Shown in pieces: positions 1 to 11,349 of a stretch of 64,000 nt of DNA; position 1 is the stretch's first letter; every line of letters starts with the position of its first letter. Origin of the DNA: an uncultured Chloroflexia bacterium (GTDB lineage: Bacteria > Chloroflexota > Limnocylindria > Limnocylindrales > CSP1-4); assembly GCA_963768655.1 (NCBI GenBank), contig CAVYIM010000004.1, positions 672,001 through 736,000 of the forward strand, written 5' to 3'. The notes beneath the pieces were generated by a model, which was not told the origin of the DNA, did not search any database, and saw nothing but the letters and a program-made list of their open reading frames with translations. A program made the translations under genes and the position numbers.

Positions 1-53
1 AGACGTTTACCAGGGCGCCCGCCGTCCCGTTCGATCCCGATGCCAGGCCGCCC

Positions 54-1190
54 GTGCCGGTTCGGGCCGCTTTCCCCGGCGAGGAGCAGCCGCAGGGTTT
101 GCGCCTGGCGGATCTCGGTCCGGCGGGCGAAACCGAGCCGAACATCCGGCCGGCCGTGCTGGGCGAGCCGTTCGACGATCCGGTCGCGCCCGGGAGTGTC
201 CGCTGCATCGCCTGCGCCCACCGCTGCGTCCTGCGACCGAGCCGGATCGGCATCTGCGGCGTCCGCCAGAACCGGGGCGGCTCGCTGTACACGCTGGTCT
301 ACGGCCAGGCAGTCGTCACTCAGGCGGAGCCGATCGAGAAGAAGCCGTTCTTCCATTTCCTGCCTGGTAGCTACGCCTACTCGGTCGCGACGCAGGGCTG
401 CAACTTCCACTGCGCCTACTGCCAGAACTGGCAGATCTCTCAGGCGCACCGGGAGGGGCGCGTGCCGGAGAGCCGGTACGTGGAACCGGAGACGGCAGTG
501 CAAGAAGCGGTCGCCGCGGGCGTTCGAAGCATCGCGTACACGTACGTCGAGCCGACGGTCTTCCTCGAGTACGCCCTGGACACCATGGTCCGGGCGCTGG
601 CGGCCGGCCTGCGGAACGTTTTCGTGACCAACGGCTACGAGAGCCCCGAAGCGCTCGATCTGCTGGTGCCGTACCTGGACGCGGCCAACGTCGACCTCAA
701 GGCGGCGACCGACGACTTCTATCGCCACGTCTGCGGCGCCCGGTGGGATCCCGTGCGCGACACCGTCGTGGCGATGCACGAGCGGGGCATCTGGTTGGAG
801 CTCACGACCTTGATCATTCCCGGCCTCAACGACGATCGCGGCGACATCCGCGCCATGGCCGAATGGATCGCCACGGCGGTGGATCCCGAGACGCCCTGGC
901 ACCTGACGCGTTTCCAGCCGGCGTACCGGCTCTCGGGGCTGGCGGAGACACCGGCGGCCACGCTCGTCGACGCGGCCGCGATCGCCCGGGAGGTCGGCCT
1001 GCGCCACGTCTACGTCGGCAACGCGCCCGAGGTCGAGTCCGCCACCACGACCTGCTCCGAATGCGGTGAGCGGCTGATCGGCCGCTCCGACTTCGCGGTC
1101 ACCGAATGGCATCTGGTCGATGGACGCTGCCCACGCTGCGGGCACTCACTGGCGGGCGTCGGGCTGGAGGAGGCGCCGGTCGTCGCCTGA
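54..1190 (+). CDS. amrS: AmmeMemoRadiSam system radical SAM enzyme
   Basis: N-terminal CIACAHRC...GICGVR, EPIEKKPFFHFLPGS, radical SAM motif GCNFHCAYCQNWQISQ, YTYVEP/VTNGY, C-terminal CxxC...CPxC. The frame is open to the window edge, so the start may lie upstream. Confidence 0.9.
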   Translation: MPVRAAFPGEEQPQGLRLADLGPAGETEPNIRPAVLGEPFDDPVAPGSVRCIACAHRCVLRPSRIGICGVRQNRGGSLYTLVYGQAVVTQAEPIEKKPFFHFLPGSYAYSVATQGCNFHCAYCQNWQISQAHREGRVPESRYVEPETAVQEAVAAGVRSIAYTYVEPTVFLEYALDTMVRALAAGLRNVFVTNGYESPEALDLLVPYLDAANVDLKAATDDFYRHVCGARWDPVRDTVVAMHERGIWLELTTLIIPGLNDDRGDIRAMAEWIATAVDPETPWHLTRFQPAYRLSGLAETPAATLVDAAAIAREVGLRHVYVGNAPEVESATTTCSECGERLIGRSDFAVTEWHLVDGRCPRCGHSLAGVGLEEAPVVA

Positions 1191-1240
1191 GAGGCGGGCT
1201 ATCCGCCGAGTGGCGCGACCAGCACTGCGGCCACCGCCGG

Positions 1241-1490
1241 CGAGCAATTCCGTCGGCCCACTACCGGTGGGCATATCTGACAGGGCGACTCGGGCGCATT
1301 TCAGTCACCTACGTCCGGTAGGCGTGTCGGCCGCAATGTCGGACACAGATGGCTCCGATTCGGGGGTCGCCCGGGCACAATCCGAAGCCGTCCTGAGCGT
1401 CAGCGACTCCGCGACCGGCCGGTCGACGGTGGCCCGGGATCCGCAGGTCGTGTCCGACACGCCTGGTAGTGGTAGATGGCGGAAACGCGC
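1241..1490. repeat. Degenerate inverted-repeat element in the amrS-hypA intergenic region
   Basis: TTCCG..CCACTACC..GGCATATCTGACA (~1248-1282) mirrors the reverse complement of TGTCCGACACGCCTGGTAGTGG..CGGAA (~1451-1484). AGGCGTGTCGG (1320-1330) and TGTCGGACAC (1337-1346) also pair with 1450-1464. Confidence 0.35.
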
Positions 1491-1731
1491 CGCCCCTGGT
1501 GCGTCTCGGCGCGGCCGGGTCCTCGGCGCGGTCGGGTCATCGGCTCGGTCCTGCGGCGTCCTTCGGCCCGCCTCTCGCCCCGGCCGGGTGGGGCGTAGTT
1601 GGGACCTTCGGCCGCATGTGCGGGCCTCTCGGCAGGCGGAAACCGGAGCGGTCGGGTGTGAGATAGACGCGGGCGGTTACGCTTTGCGCACGCCCCGGCA
1701 CATGGACCGGGTCCAGCGGAGGTTCGATCGG

Positions 1732-2070
1732 ATGCATGAGGCAGGTCTGGCACGAAACGTGGCAAAGACTCTCAAGAGCCGCAGCCTGACGCTGGCCCAG
1801 GTGCGTCTCAGCGTTCGGGGCGGCCACCGCGATCCCGCCGAGTTCGAAGCCGATCTGCGGGCCCACCTGGCCCAAGCGATGCCCGATCAGGCGAGGGCGG
1901 TGCCGGGCCTCGAGATCCGGCGGGCCCCGTTCGGCCATCTGTGCCCGGGCTGCGGCAACGAGTTCGACTCGCCGCAGATCGCCGCGTCGTGCCCGCGCTG
2001 CCATGCCGAGTCGCTGCCCGAGCTGACGGACGAGGAGATCGACATCGAACGGCTGGAGCGCTATCCGTGA
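1732..2070 (+). CDS. hypA: Hydrogenase maturation nickel metallochaperone HypA (divergent)
   Basis: Starts with MHE (Ni-binding motif), has two CxxC (CPGC, CPRC) and a GGAGG RBS, and overlaps the hypF start (GTGA). It is the C-terminal part of ORF 1120..2070. Confidence 0.8.
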   Translation: MHEAGLARNVAKTLKSRSLTLAQVRLSVRGGHRDPAEFEADLRAHLAQAMPDQARAVPGLEIRRAPFGHLCPGCGNEFDSPQIAASCPRCHAESLPELTDEEIDIERLERYP

Positions 2071-4463
2071 CCTCGGCGGGGCCGGGGGAACGCGTCGCCC
2101 GCAGCCTCGAGGTTCGAGGCGTGGTTCAGGGCGTCGGCTTCCGGCCGTTCGTGTGGCGGCTTGCCGCTGAGCTCGGCCTCGACGGCACGGTCATCAACCG
2201 CGCTGGCCAGGTCGAGATCGAGGTCGCCGGTTCGCCCGAGGCGGTCGAAGCATTCGCGGGTCGAATCCGGACCGACGCACCTCCGCGCGCCCGGGTGGAA
2301 GAGATCCTGGTTCGGCCGATCGAGCGGGCGCCGGCGCCCGGTTCCGGTTTCACGATCGCGGAGAGCGAGGCCGTCGCCTCGACGGAGCGTCTGTTCCCGC
2401 CCGACATCGCCACCTGCGACGACTGCCTGCGCGAGCTGTTCGACCCGAACGATCGGCGCTACCGCTACCCGTTCACCAACTGCACCAACTGCGGTCCACG
2501 GGCCACGATCATCGACGAGCTTCCGTACGACCGGGCGCGGACTTCGATGCGCGAGTTCCGGCTGTGCGCCGCCTGCGAGGCCGAGTACCGCGACCCGGCC
2601 GACCGCCGCTTCCACGCCGAGCCGGTCGCGTGCCCCGACTGCGGGCCGCAGCTCTCCTACCGGCGTCCCGACGACGCAGCCCCGGCGGCGCGCCGGGAAG
2701 CGGCATTGGCGGCCGCGCTGGCGGATCTCCGCGCCGGGCGGATCGTGGCGATAAAGGGCCTGGGCGGCTATCACCTCGCCTGCGACGCCACCGATCCCGC
2801 CGCGGTGGCCCGGCTGCGCGACCGCAAGCATCGCTGGGCCAAACCGTTCGCGGTGATGGTTCGGGACGTCGCGGCGGCGCGGGCTCAGGCCGAGATGTCG
2901 GCCGAAGAGGAGGCGCTTCTCGTCTCGCCCGCCCGGCCGATCGTGCTGGTGGAGCGGCGCCGCGACGCAGAGCCGCCGCTCGCCGATGGAGTGGTCACGG
3001 CGGAGCCCGAAAGGTCGGCAGCTCTGAACCGCCGTGTCGGCCTCTTCCTGCCGTACACGCCGCTGCACCACCTGCTGCTCGAGGGGTTGGGCCGACCGAT
3101 CGTGCTGACCAGCGGCAACCTTTCGGACGAGCCGCTGGCCACGGACGACGCCGAAGCGCTCGAGCGGCTGGCGGGCATCGCCGACTCGTTCCTGGCCCAC
3201 GACCGCGAGATCCGGGCCCGCTACGACGACTCTGTCACGCGGGTCGTGGACGGGCGCGAGAGCCTGATCCGGCGGGCCCGCGGCTACGCCCCGGAGCCAC
3301 TTGCGTTGCCGATCGCCGTGCCGGAACCGCAGTCAATCCTGGCGGTGGGCGCCGAGCTGAAACACACGTTCGCGCTGGCGCGCGGCGGTCGGGCGCACGT
3401 GGCCCCGCACACGGGCGACCTCGAGGATCTGCTTACGTATCGAGCCTTCGAGACGAACCTGGCGCACCTTAAGCGGCTGCTCGACCTCGAGCCGGCCTAC
3501 GTCGCCCACGATCTGCACCCCGCATACCTCTCGACCCAGTACGCCGCCCGAGCATTCCCGGAGAGCCGGCGCATCGGCGTCCAGCACCACCACGCTCACG
3601 TGGCGTCGGCCGCGGCCGAGGCGGGGCTGACGGGCCAGTTCATCGGCGTCGCGTTCGACGGGCTGGGAATGGGCGACGACGGGACGTTCTGGGGTGGCGA
3701 GGTGCTCGTCGCCACTCTCGCCACTTACCGGCGGGTGGCGCGGTTCGGGCACGCCCGCATGCCGGGTGGGGCGCTGGCGGTCAAGAAGCCGTACCGGATG
3801 GCCCTCGGCTACCTGCTGTCCGCCGAGGCGTTCGAAGCTGACGCGCTCGCCGGCGAGGCTTCTGTGGCCGACTGGATCGACCCCGAGCTCGCACGCGCCT
3901 TCCTCGAGCGCCTGGACCCGCGCGAGGTCGAGGTCGTTCGAGTTCAGCTGGCCCGCGGGCTCAACGCCCCGGTCGCATCTTCGGCCGGCCGCCTGTTCGA
4001 TGCCGCGGCGAGCCTGCTCGGGATTCGCGACGTGGCCGAATACGAAGCCCAGGCCGCCGTCGAGTTGGAGTTGCTGGCGGAGGAGGGGAGCGTCCGTCCG
4101 CTCCCGTACGAGATCGTTCGGCAGGGAGATCTCCTCGTCTACGACCCGCGGCCCACCCTGCGCGCTCTCCTCGAGGGCCGCGCCGGCGGTGCGACTCCGG
4201 AGCACCTCGCCGCTCGCTTCCAGGAGACCATCGCCGCCGTCACCCGCCAGCTGTGTGGCGACGTGCGTGCGGCCACCGGCCTCGCCACGGTCGCCCTCTC
4301 GGGCGGCGTCTTCCAGAATCAGTGGCTGGCTACGACCCTCGTCCGCCGCCTGGCCCGCGACGGCTTCGAGGTCCATACCAACGAACGCGTCCCGGCGAAC
4401 GACGGCGGGATCAGCTACGGTCAGGCGGCGGTCGCGGCCGCGCGTCTGGCCGGCGCGTCCTAG
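2067..4463 (+). CDS. hypF: Carbamoyltransferase HypF
   Basis: Acylphosphatase domain [12 protein letters not shown], zinc fingers (CDDC..CTNC, CAAC..CPDC), [29 protein letters not shown]. Confidence 0.97.
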   Translation: MTSAGPGERVARSLEVRGVVQGVGFRPFVWRLAAELGLDGTVINRAGQVEIEVAGSPEAVEAFAGRIRTDAPPRARVEEILVRPIERAPAPGSGFTIAESEAVASTERLFPPDIATCDDCLRELFDPNDRRYRYPFTNCTNCGPRATIIDELPYDRARTSMREFRLCAACEAEYRDPADRRFHAEPVACPDCGPQLSYRRPDDAAPAARREAALAAALADLRAGRIVAIKGLGGYHLACDATDPAAVARLRDRKHRWAKPFAVMVRDVAAARAQAEMSAEEEALLVSPARPIVLVERRRDAEPPLADGVVTAEPERSAALNRRVGLFLPYTPLHHLLLEGLGRPIVLTSGNLSDEPLATDDAEALERLAGIADSFLAHDREIRARYDDSVTRVVDGRESLIRRARGYAPEPLALPIAVPEPQSILAVGAELKHTFALARGGRAHVAPHTGDLEDLLTYRAFETNLAHLKRLLDLEPAYVAHDLHPAYLSTQYAARAFPESRRIGVQHHHAHVASAAAEAGLTGQFIGVAFDGLGMGDDGTFWGGEVLVATLATYRRVARFGHARMPGGALAVKKPYRMALGYLLSAEAFEADALAGEASVADWIDPELARAFLERLDPREVEVVRVQLARGLNAPVASSAGRLFDAAASLLGIRDVAEYEAQAAVELELLAEEGSVRPLPYEIVRQGDLLVYDPRPTLRALLEGRAGGATPEHLAARFQETIAAVTRQLCGDVRAATGLATVALSGGVFQNQWLATTLVRRLARDGFEVHTNERVPANDGGISYGQAAVAAARLAGAS

Positions 4464-4511
4464 CGGCCGCGAAGCAGCCTCGCGGCAGCCTCGTGGCAAG
4501 GAGATCATCGA

Positions 4512-4828
4512 ATGTGCCTCGGCATCCCCGGCAAGGTGGTGGAGATCAACGACGACGGTCCGCTTCGAATGGCCCGCGTCGATTTCGGTGGGGTGCGCAA
4601 GGAGGCCTGCCTCGCCTACGTGCCCGAGGTCCAGCTCGGCGACTACGTGATCGTCCACGTCGGCTTCGCCATCAGCCAGCTCGACGAGGAAGAGGCGCGC
4701 AAGACGCTCGAGATGCTGCGGGCCATCGACGCGGAGGGCGTGGCGCTGGAGCTCGGCTCGATGGGCGACGAGGCGGCGGCTTCGCAGCCGGCTGCGGCGG
4801 TGCCCCCACCCGCCGCGGGAGCCTCCTC

Positions 4829-4832
<4 letters not shown>
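4512..4832 (+). CDS. hypC: Hydrogenase maturation chaperone HypC
   Basis: MCLGIPG N-terminus, [12 protein letters not shown]. Confidence 0.97.
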
Positions 4833-5961
<1,129 letters not shown>

Positions 5962-5965
<4 letters not shown>

Positions 5966-7071
5966 GCGAGCGACGCGCCCCCGTTCCGGCGGCCGCCCCC
6001 GATGCGGTGGCATCGGCGGGGCCGGATCCAGCAAACCTCGTCTGCCCGGCGCCGATCCCCGAGCGGGCGCGCGTGCTGCTGGGCCACGGCTCCGGCGGCC
6101 AGCTCTCGGCGGCGCTGATGCGCGACGTCATCGGCCCGGCGCTGGCGGCGGCGGCACCCGGCGGTCCATTGAACGATGCCGCCGTGGTGGAGGTGGCCGG
6201 CCAGCGGCTCGCCTTCACGACCGACTCGTTCGTCGTCAGCCCGCTCGAGTTCCCCGGCGGCGACATCGGAGAGCTGGCGGTCAATGGCACAGTCAACGAC
6301 CTGGCGATGATGGGCGCCCAGCCACTGGCGCTGTCTCTGGCCTATGTCATCGAGGAAGGCCTGCCGATTGAAGACTTGCGGCGGGTCACCGAATCGGTGG
6401 CCAGGGCGGCCGGCCGAGCAGGCGTTCGGATCGTCACCGGCGATACCAAGGTGGTCGGTCGGGGAGCGGCAGACAGGCTCTTCGTCAACACCGCCGGCAT
6501 CGGGGTCGTGGCTCCGGGCGTGACTGTGGCGGCCGATCGAGCGGCCGCAGGAGACGCGGTCATCCTTTCCGGGCCGATCGGGCTCCATGGCATCGCCATC
6601 ATGAGCGTCCGCGAGGGCCTGGACTTCGAGGTCGAGATCGCCTCCGACACCCAGCCGCTGAACGGCCTGGTCGCCGCGATCGTCGCCGCATGCCCGGACG
6701 TGCACGTCCTTCGGGACCCGACACGCGGCGGCCTGGCGTCGGCCCTGAACGAGATCGCCGCCGCCTCCGGCCTCGGCATCGAGCTGCGCGAGGAAACGAT
6801 CCCCATCCCGGGTCCCGTGCACGCCGCGTGCGAGATGCTTGGCCTGGACCCGCTCCACGTCGCCAACGAGGGCAAGCTCGTGGCTCTCGTGCCCGCTTCC
6901 TCGGCCGGGGCTGTCCTGGCCGCCATGCGCGCCGTCCCCTCGGGAGCCGAGGCGGTGGAGATCGGCCGTGTGGTCGCGGACCATCCGTCGATGGTCACGC
7001 TGCGCACGATCGTCGGCTCGCAGCGCATCGTCGACATGCTCGTCGGAGAGCAGCTGCCGCGCATCTGCTAA
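5962..7071 (+). CDS. hypE: Carbamoyl dehydratase HypE
   Basis: HGSGG, TTDSFVV, GDTKVV, RDPTRGG, ANEGK, C-terminal LPRIC. Confidence 0.97.
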
Positions 7072-7222
7072 GCAACGCGTTGAAGATGGCACGCTCGCAT
7101 GGGCGAGCGTGCCATCACACGCGCCCTGACCTATCCAGATGTCGAGTCGCCCGACCCGGCCGGTGCCGGGCGAGTAAGCCCGAGGTAAGCCCCGTGCAAT
7201 CGGTGCGCTGCATCCTGGCTGC

Positions 7223-8095
7223 GTGGAACCGTTGCAGGCGGGCAGAGTCCTTCGAGCCGTTCGGCGCCGTCGCGGACTGACGCAGGTAGAGCTCGCCGCG
7301 CTGGCTTCGGTGGCTCAGCAGACCGTCTCGCTGCTCGAACGCGGCAAGGCCGACGACTCGACCTTGCGCACGATCAAGAAGGTCGCCGCCCCACTGGGGA
7401 TCACCGTCGGCGTGGTTCTCCGATGGAAAGGACCCGAGCTCGATCGGCTCTTGGACGCCCGACACGCCGGGCTCGTGAAGGCAGTCGTGTCCCGGCTCGG
7501 CGAGGGTTGGCAGGTTGTCGTCGAGTACACGTTCAATCGCTATGGCGACCGCGGATCGGTGGATGTCCTGGCCTGGCACGCAAGCGCACGAGCGCTCCTC
7601 CTGATCGAGGTCAAGTCGGAGCTGGATAGTGTCGAGGCCGTGCTGAGATCGATGAACACGAAGTCGAGGGTCGTGCCGGAGCTGCTGGCCAACGATCCAG
7701 GCTGGCACGCGAAATCGATCGCGTCGATTCTGGTGCTGCCGGACGAGTCCACGGCACGCCCCGCAGTCGATCGGATGAGCCCGGTCTTCGACGTTTCCTT
7801 CCCTGGGCGGACGGTAGCGATCCGCAGGTGGCTTCGGAAGCCCGCCGAACACCTGCGCGGTGTCTGGTTTCTGGCAGATACGCGTACCAGGCGTGTTGCA
7901 CGCAACCCGGGCAGCGCAGGACGGGTCTGTCACCCAGGTCGAATCGGGATCCACGCTCGCGAAGAAGCTGCCCCGTCGACACAAGGGCCGACGGTGACTC
8001 CTCATCGACCCAACCTGCAGCCAACACGCCTACCAGGCGTAGCTGACGGAAACGGCCGCGGTTCCGCGCCGGATACCACCGCCAGGCGTAGCTGA
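7223..8095 (+). CDS. XRE-type HTH protein fused to a PD-(D/E)XK-like nuclease domain
   Basis: N-terminal RRRRGLTQVELAALASVAQQTVSLLERG (HTH_3), then E..GSVDVLAW...LLIEVKS resembling PD-(D/E)XK active-site spacing, and a low-complexity C-terminal tail. Confidence 0.65.
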   Translation: MEPLQAGRVLRAVRRRRGLTQVELAALASVAQQTVSLLERGKADDSTLRTIKKVAAPLGITVGVVLRWKGPELDRLLDARHAGLVKAVVSRLGEGWQVVVEYTFNRYGDRGSVDVLAWHASARALLLIEVKSELDSVEAVLRSMNTKSRVVPELLANDPGWHAKSIASILVLPDESTARPAVDRMSPVFDVSFPGRTVAIRRWLRKPAEHLRGVWFLADTRTRRVARNPGSAGRVCHPGRIGIHAREEAAPSTQGPTVTPHRPNLQPTRLPGVADGNGRGSAPDTTARRS

Positions 8096-8115
8096 CGGAA
8101 ACGGCCGCCGTTCCG
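8033..8115. repeat. 34-bp direct repeat, 2 copies, period 49 bp
   Basis: CCAGGCGTAGCTGACGGAAACGGCCGC(G/C)GTTCCG at 8033-8066 and 8082-8115 with one mismatch. A partial third GACGGAACGG lies near 8156. Confidence 0.8.
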
Positions 8116-8222
8116 GGCCGCGGTTCCGGGCCTCATACCGCGACTGTCGGCAACGGACGGAACGGCTCCGGCCCAGCCGGCTTCCCGGGCCATTCGGCCC
8201 GCACCCAGGGGACTCCTGTCCC

Positions 8223-8240
8223 TATGCGCAACTGCGCATA
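8223..8240. promoter_or_regulatory. Perfect palindrome, putative ArsR operator
   Basis: TATGCGCA-AC-TGCGCATA, 18 bp upstream of the ArsR start. Confidence 0.7.
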
Positions 8241-8258
8241 TATCCAACACTGCACGGC

Positions 8259-8642
8259 ATGGACGAGGTCTACAAGCTCCAGGCGGAAGTCCTGAAGACG
8301 CTCTCGAATCCGCGGCGGCTGGAGATCATCCACCTCCTCGCCGACGGTCCTCGTGAGGTCTGCAGGCTCGCCGAGGAAATGGGCATCAGCCAGCCCAACG
8401 TCTCGCAGCATCTGGCGCTCATGCGCTCAGCCGGAGTCGTCGAGGCGGAGCGCGATGGGCGCGAGGTGCGGTATCGGCTGAGCGATCCCGAGATCATCTG
8501 CGCCTGCGAGACGATGCGCGGCGTCCTCGTGCGCCGGCTATCGCGCATCTCGGCGGTCGCCACGCGCACCCCTGCCGAAGTCGTGGCCGGGCGCGCTGCG
8601 GCCGCCGCCGCCCAGACCGCCGCCGACCGGCCATCCAGCTGA
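8259..8642 (+). CDS. ArsR/SmtB family transcriptional regulator
   Basis: LKTLSNPRRLEII, SQPNVSQHLALMRSAGVV, RDGREVRYRL, with Cys in EVC and IICAC. Confidence 0.93.
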   Translation: MDEVYKLQAEVLKTLSNPRRLEIIHLLADGPREVCRLAEEMGISQPNVSQHLALMRSAGVVEAERDGREVRYRLSDPEIICACETMRGVLVRRLSRISAVATRTPAEVVAGRAAAAAAQTAADRPSS

Positions 8643-8650
8643 GGACCCCA

Positions 8651-9064
8651 ATGGACGAAACCATCTCGATCGTGCTCTTCTCCGGCACCGACGACAAGCT
8701 CCAGGCCGCCGCCGTCCTCGCCGCCGGGGCCGCCGCCCTGGGCCGGCCGGTCAAGATCTTCCTCCAGTATTGGGCGCTCGACGCCTTCCGGGCCGATCGA
8801 ATCATGTCCGACCACGGCCTGGCGCCTGAAGCTGGGGAGGCCGGCCGGGCCGCCGTCGACGCCGCCGCGAAGGCCGGCCAGGCTCGCTGGACTGACACAC
8901 TGCGCGCGGCCAAGGAGATCGGCGAGGTCGATATCCAGGCCTGCTCGCTCTCCATGGACATTCTCAAGCTCGAGCAGTCGGATCTGGATCCGCTCGTGGA
9001 CGGCGTCGAGGGTGTGGCAGCTTTCTACATCAATGCCGGCGAGGGCCAGATCATTTTCATCTAG
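8651..9064 (+). CDS. DsrE/DsrF-like sulfurtransferase (DsrE2/DrsE_2-type, short)
   Basis: ISIVLFSGTDDK..GAAALG..VKIFLQYWAL, conserved ACSLSMD cysteine, ends in IIFI. Confidence 0.85.
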   Translation: MDETISIVLFSGTDDKLQAAAVLAAGAAALGRPVKIFLQYWALDAFRADRIMSDHGLAPEAGEAGRAAVDAAAKAGQARWTDTLRAAKEIGEVDIQACSLSMDILKLEQSDLDPLVDGVEGVAAFYINAGEGQIIFI

Positions 9065-9134
9065 GAAACGAGAATCCGGTACCGCGCGGTGGCGGTCCGG
9101 AGCGCGACCACTTGCTGCGAAAGGACAGGACCAG

Positions 9135-9371
9135 ATGAGCAGTCTCGATATCAAGCTCAAGGTCGACGCCAGCGGCCTCTCGTGCCCGCTGCCGATTCTC
9201 AGGGCGACCCAGGGCATCAAGACCGTTGCCTCCGGCGAGCTCATCGAGGTCGTGGCAACGGACCCGGGCTCGGTCAAGGACTTCGCTGCATGGTCGGCCT
9301 CGACCGGCAACGCGCTCGTCGAGCAGGACTCCGCCAACGGTAAGTTCCGCTTCGTCCTTCGCCGCAAGTAG
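9135..9371 (+). CDS. tusA: Sulfur carrier TusA/SirA family protein
   Basis: VDASGLSCPLP motif, ATDPGSVKDFAAW. Confidence 0.92.
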   Translation: MSSLDIKLKVDASGLSCPLPILRATQGIKTVASGELIEVVATDPGSVKDFAAWSASTGNALVEQDSANGKFRFVLRRK

Positions 9372-9427
9372 GCCCACCCTTCCGGGCGTGGGGGCAGCCC
9401 GGCCGTCAGGAACGAAAGGATGCGAAT

Positions 9428-9925
9428 ATGCCCGCAGAGGCAGCCAGCAAGACCAAGAAGGTCTGCATCATCGCCTACAGTGGCGAGCTAGAGCCGACCT
9501 GGGCCTCCATGATCATCGCCTCGACCGCGGCCGCCATGGACATGGAGGTCTCGATCTTCGTGACGTTCTGGGGATTCCACGCCCTCGTGAAGGACAGCAG
9601 GCGTCTACCCGGCCGGAACTGGATGCAGAAGATGCTATCCGTCATGCAGAGGCCGGGGATCAGCCACCGCAAGCTCAGCAAGATGAACTTCATGGGCATG
9701 GGCCCGTGGATGATGTTCCAGCTCGCCAAGCAGTACAACGTCTCCAAGCCCAAGGACCTTCTCGCGATGTGCCAGGAGCTCGGGGTCAAGATCTACCCGT
9801 GCCAGATGACCATGGACCTCTTCGGGCTCAAGAAGGAGGACCTGATCGACGGCCTCGAGGATCCGGTCGGCGCGGCGACGATGCTGCAGCTGTCGACCGA
9901 GGCCGACTCCACGCTGTTCATCTAG
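9428..9925 (+). CDS. DsrE2-type sulfurtransferase
   Basis: IIASTAAAMDMEVSIFVTFWG, LSKMNFMGMG, IYPCQMTMDLFG, ends in TLFI. Confidence 0.9.
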   Translation: MPAEAASKTKKVCIIAYSGELEPTWASMIIASTAAAMDMEVSIFVTFWGFHALVKDSRRLPGRNWMQKMLSVMQRPGISHRKLSKMNFMGMGPWMMFQLAKQYNVSKPKDLLAMCQELGVKIYPCQMTMDLFGLKKEDLIDGLEDPVGAATMLQLSTEADSTLFI

Positions 9926-10062
9926 CCAATTCTGCGGGGGCCATCGGCGAGAAGCCCCTGGGGTGTTGACCGCAACCTGACGGTCGCTGGGCCACGCGCC
10001 GCATGGCGCGCGCAACGCGACGCCCGGGGCGGAACGGACCGGCGAGCCCGTACACTGCCGCC

Positions 10063-10977
10063 ATGATCGACTTCACGCCCAACCCTGTTGCCCTGGGACT
10101 CGGCCCGCTCGAGATCCGCTGGTACGGCCTCGCGTACGTGGCCGCAATCGCCGCCGGGACCTGGCTCGCCTTCCGCCTTGCGCGCCAGCGCGGTGAGCGC
10201 ACCGACATGCTCATCGATGGCCTGATCATCGTCGCCGTTGCGGCCCTCGTCGGCGGACGGGCGTATCACGTCATCGATCAGTGGGCCTACTACCAGAACC
10301 ATCTTGCCCAGATTGTCCTGCCGCCGTACAGCGGCCTGGGCATCTACGGTGGACTGTTCACGGGCATGCTGGCGGTTACCTGGCTCGTCCGTCACTACCA
10401 CGTCTCGTTCTGGCGCTGGGCCGACATCCTGGCCCCGTGCATCTTGCTGGCCCAGGCAGTAGGTCGGTGGGGCAACTATATGAACCAGGAGCTGTACGGC
10501 CCGCCGACGAACCTGCCCTGGGGCATCGCCATCCAGTGCCAGTACCGCGTGGCCGAATACGCCTGTCCGGCCGGTTCCGATCCGACGGCGACGCTCGGAC
10601 AGCATTTCACGCCGCTCTTCCTCTACGAGTCGATGCTGAGCCTGCTCGGCGTCGGCGTGATGCTCTTGCTGTGGCGCCGCTTCACGGCGCGGCGCCGCCT
10701 GCTCATCGCCGGCGATGTCGGCCTGCTCTACTTCGTCTGGTATGGCGTCGAGCGCAGCATTCTCGAAACGCTCCGCAGCGGGTGGAACTGGACTTTCTTT
10801 GGTCTCGCGACGGCGCAGATCGTGGGCCTGAGCGCGGCCGCCGCGGCGATCGTCGCCATTCTCGTTCGGCACTGGTGGGTGCGGCGTCACCCCGAGGGAG
10901 CCGATGGCGCTCCGGCTGAGGCCGCGCCACAGCTGGCAACCGCAGGGCCGAGATCGGGGTCAATCGAGATCGCGTAA
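10063..10977 (+). CDS. lgt: Prolipoprotein diacylglyceryl transferase (copy 1)
   Basis: GPLEIRWYG, GGRAYHVI, GLGIYGG, QAVGRWGNYMNQELYG, FLYES. Leaderless start with TACACT 6 nt before the ATG. Confidence 0.9.
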   Translation: MIDFTPNPVALGLGPLEIRWYGLAYVAAIAAGTWLAFRLARQRGERTDMLIDGLIIVAVAALVGGRAYHVIDQWAYYQNHLAQIVLPPYSGLGIYGGLFTGMLAVTWLVRHYHVSFWRWADILAPCILLAQAVGRWGNYMNQELYGPPTNLPWGIAIQCQYRVAEYACPAGSDPTATLGQHFTPLFLYESMLSLLGVGVMLLLWRRFTARRRLLIAGDVGLLYFVWYGVERSILETLRSGWNWTFFGLATAQIVGLSAAAAAIVAILVRHWWVRRHPEGADGAPAEAAPQLATAGPRSGSIEIA

Positions 10978-10986
10978 CGTCGACCG

Positions 10987-11349
10987 CTAGCGGAGGACGA
11001 AGATGCTCGTCAGCAGGATGAGCAGCACGGTCAGAGTTATGGCCGTGTAGAGCCGGTCCCCCTCGAGCGCGAAGCCCAGCACCGATGCCGCGACTCGTGT
11101 TACCGGTGTCGCCAGCAGGACCAGAAGGCCCAGCTGGACGACGGCGGCGGGTTCCAGGGCGGCCAGCCGGTCCGGCAGGTTGGAGAAGTTCGTCGTGGCG
11201 GCTGTGGATGCGGGTGCCGTACCCAGGAGCGAGCCCTGCCAGCCGACCGCCAGCGCCGCCGCGAAGCCGGCCCCGATGAGAGCCGCGCTGACGACCACGC
11301 CGGCGATCAGCACTGCACTGATCACCATTCTGAAACGCTCCGGCGTCAC
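10987..11349 (-). CDS. DUF1634-like membrane protein
   Basis: Three hydrophobic segments, GLLVLLATPVTRV motif, coupled (GTGA) to the upstream TauE gene, a typical pairing. Confidence 0.8.
   Translation of the reverse strand: MTPERFRMVISAVLIAGVVVSAALIGAGFAAALAVGWQGSLLGTAPASTAATTNFSNLPDRLAALEPAAVVQLGLLVLLATPVTRVAASVLGFALEGDRLYTAITLTVLLILLTSIFVLR

Noticed and set aside
8033-8115. Mini CRISPR array
   Set aside because: Only two full copies, a 15-bp spacer (too short), no cas genes, and the repeat overlaps a coding 3' end.
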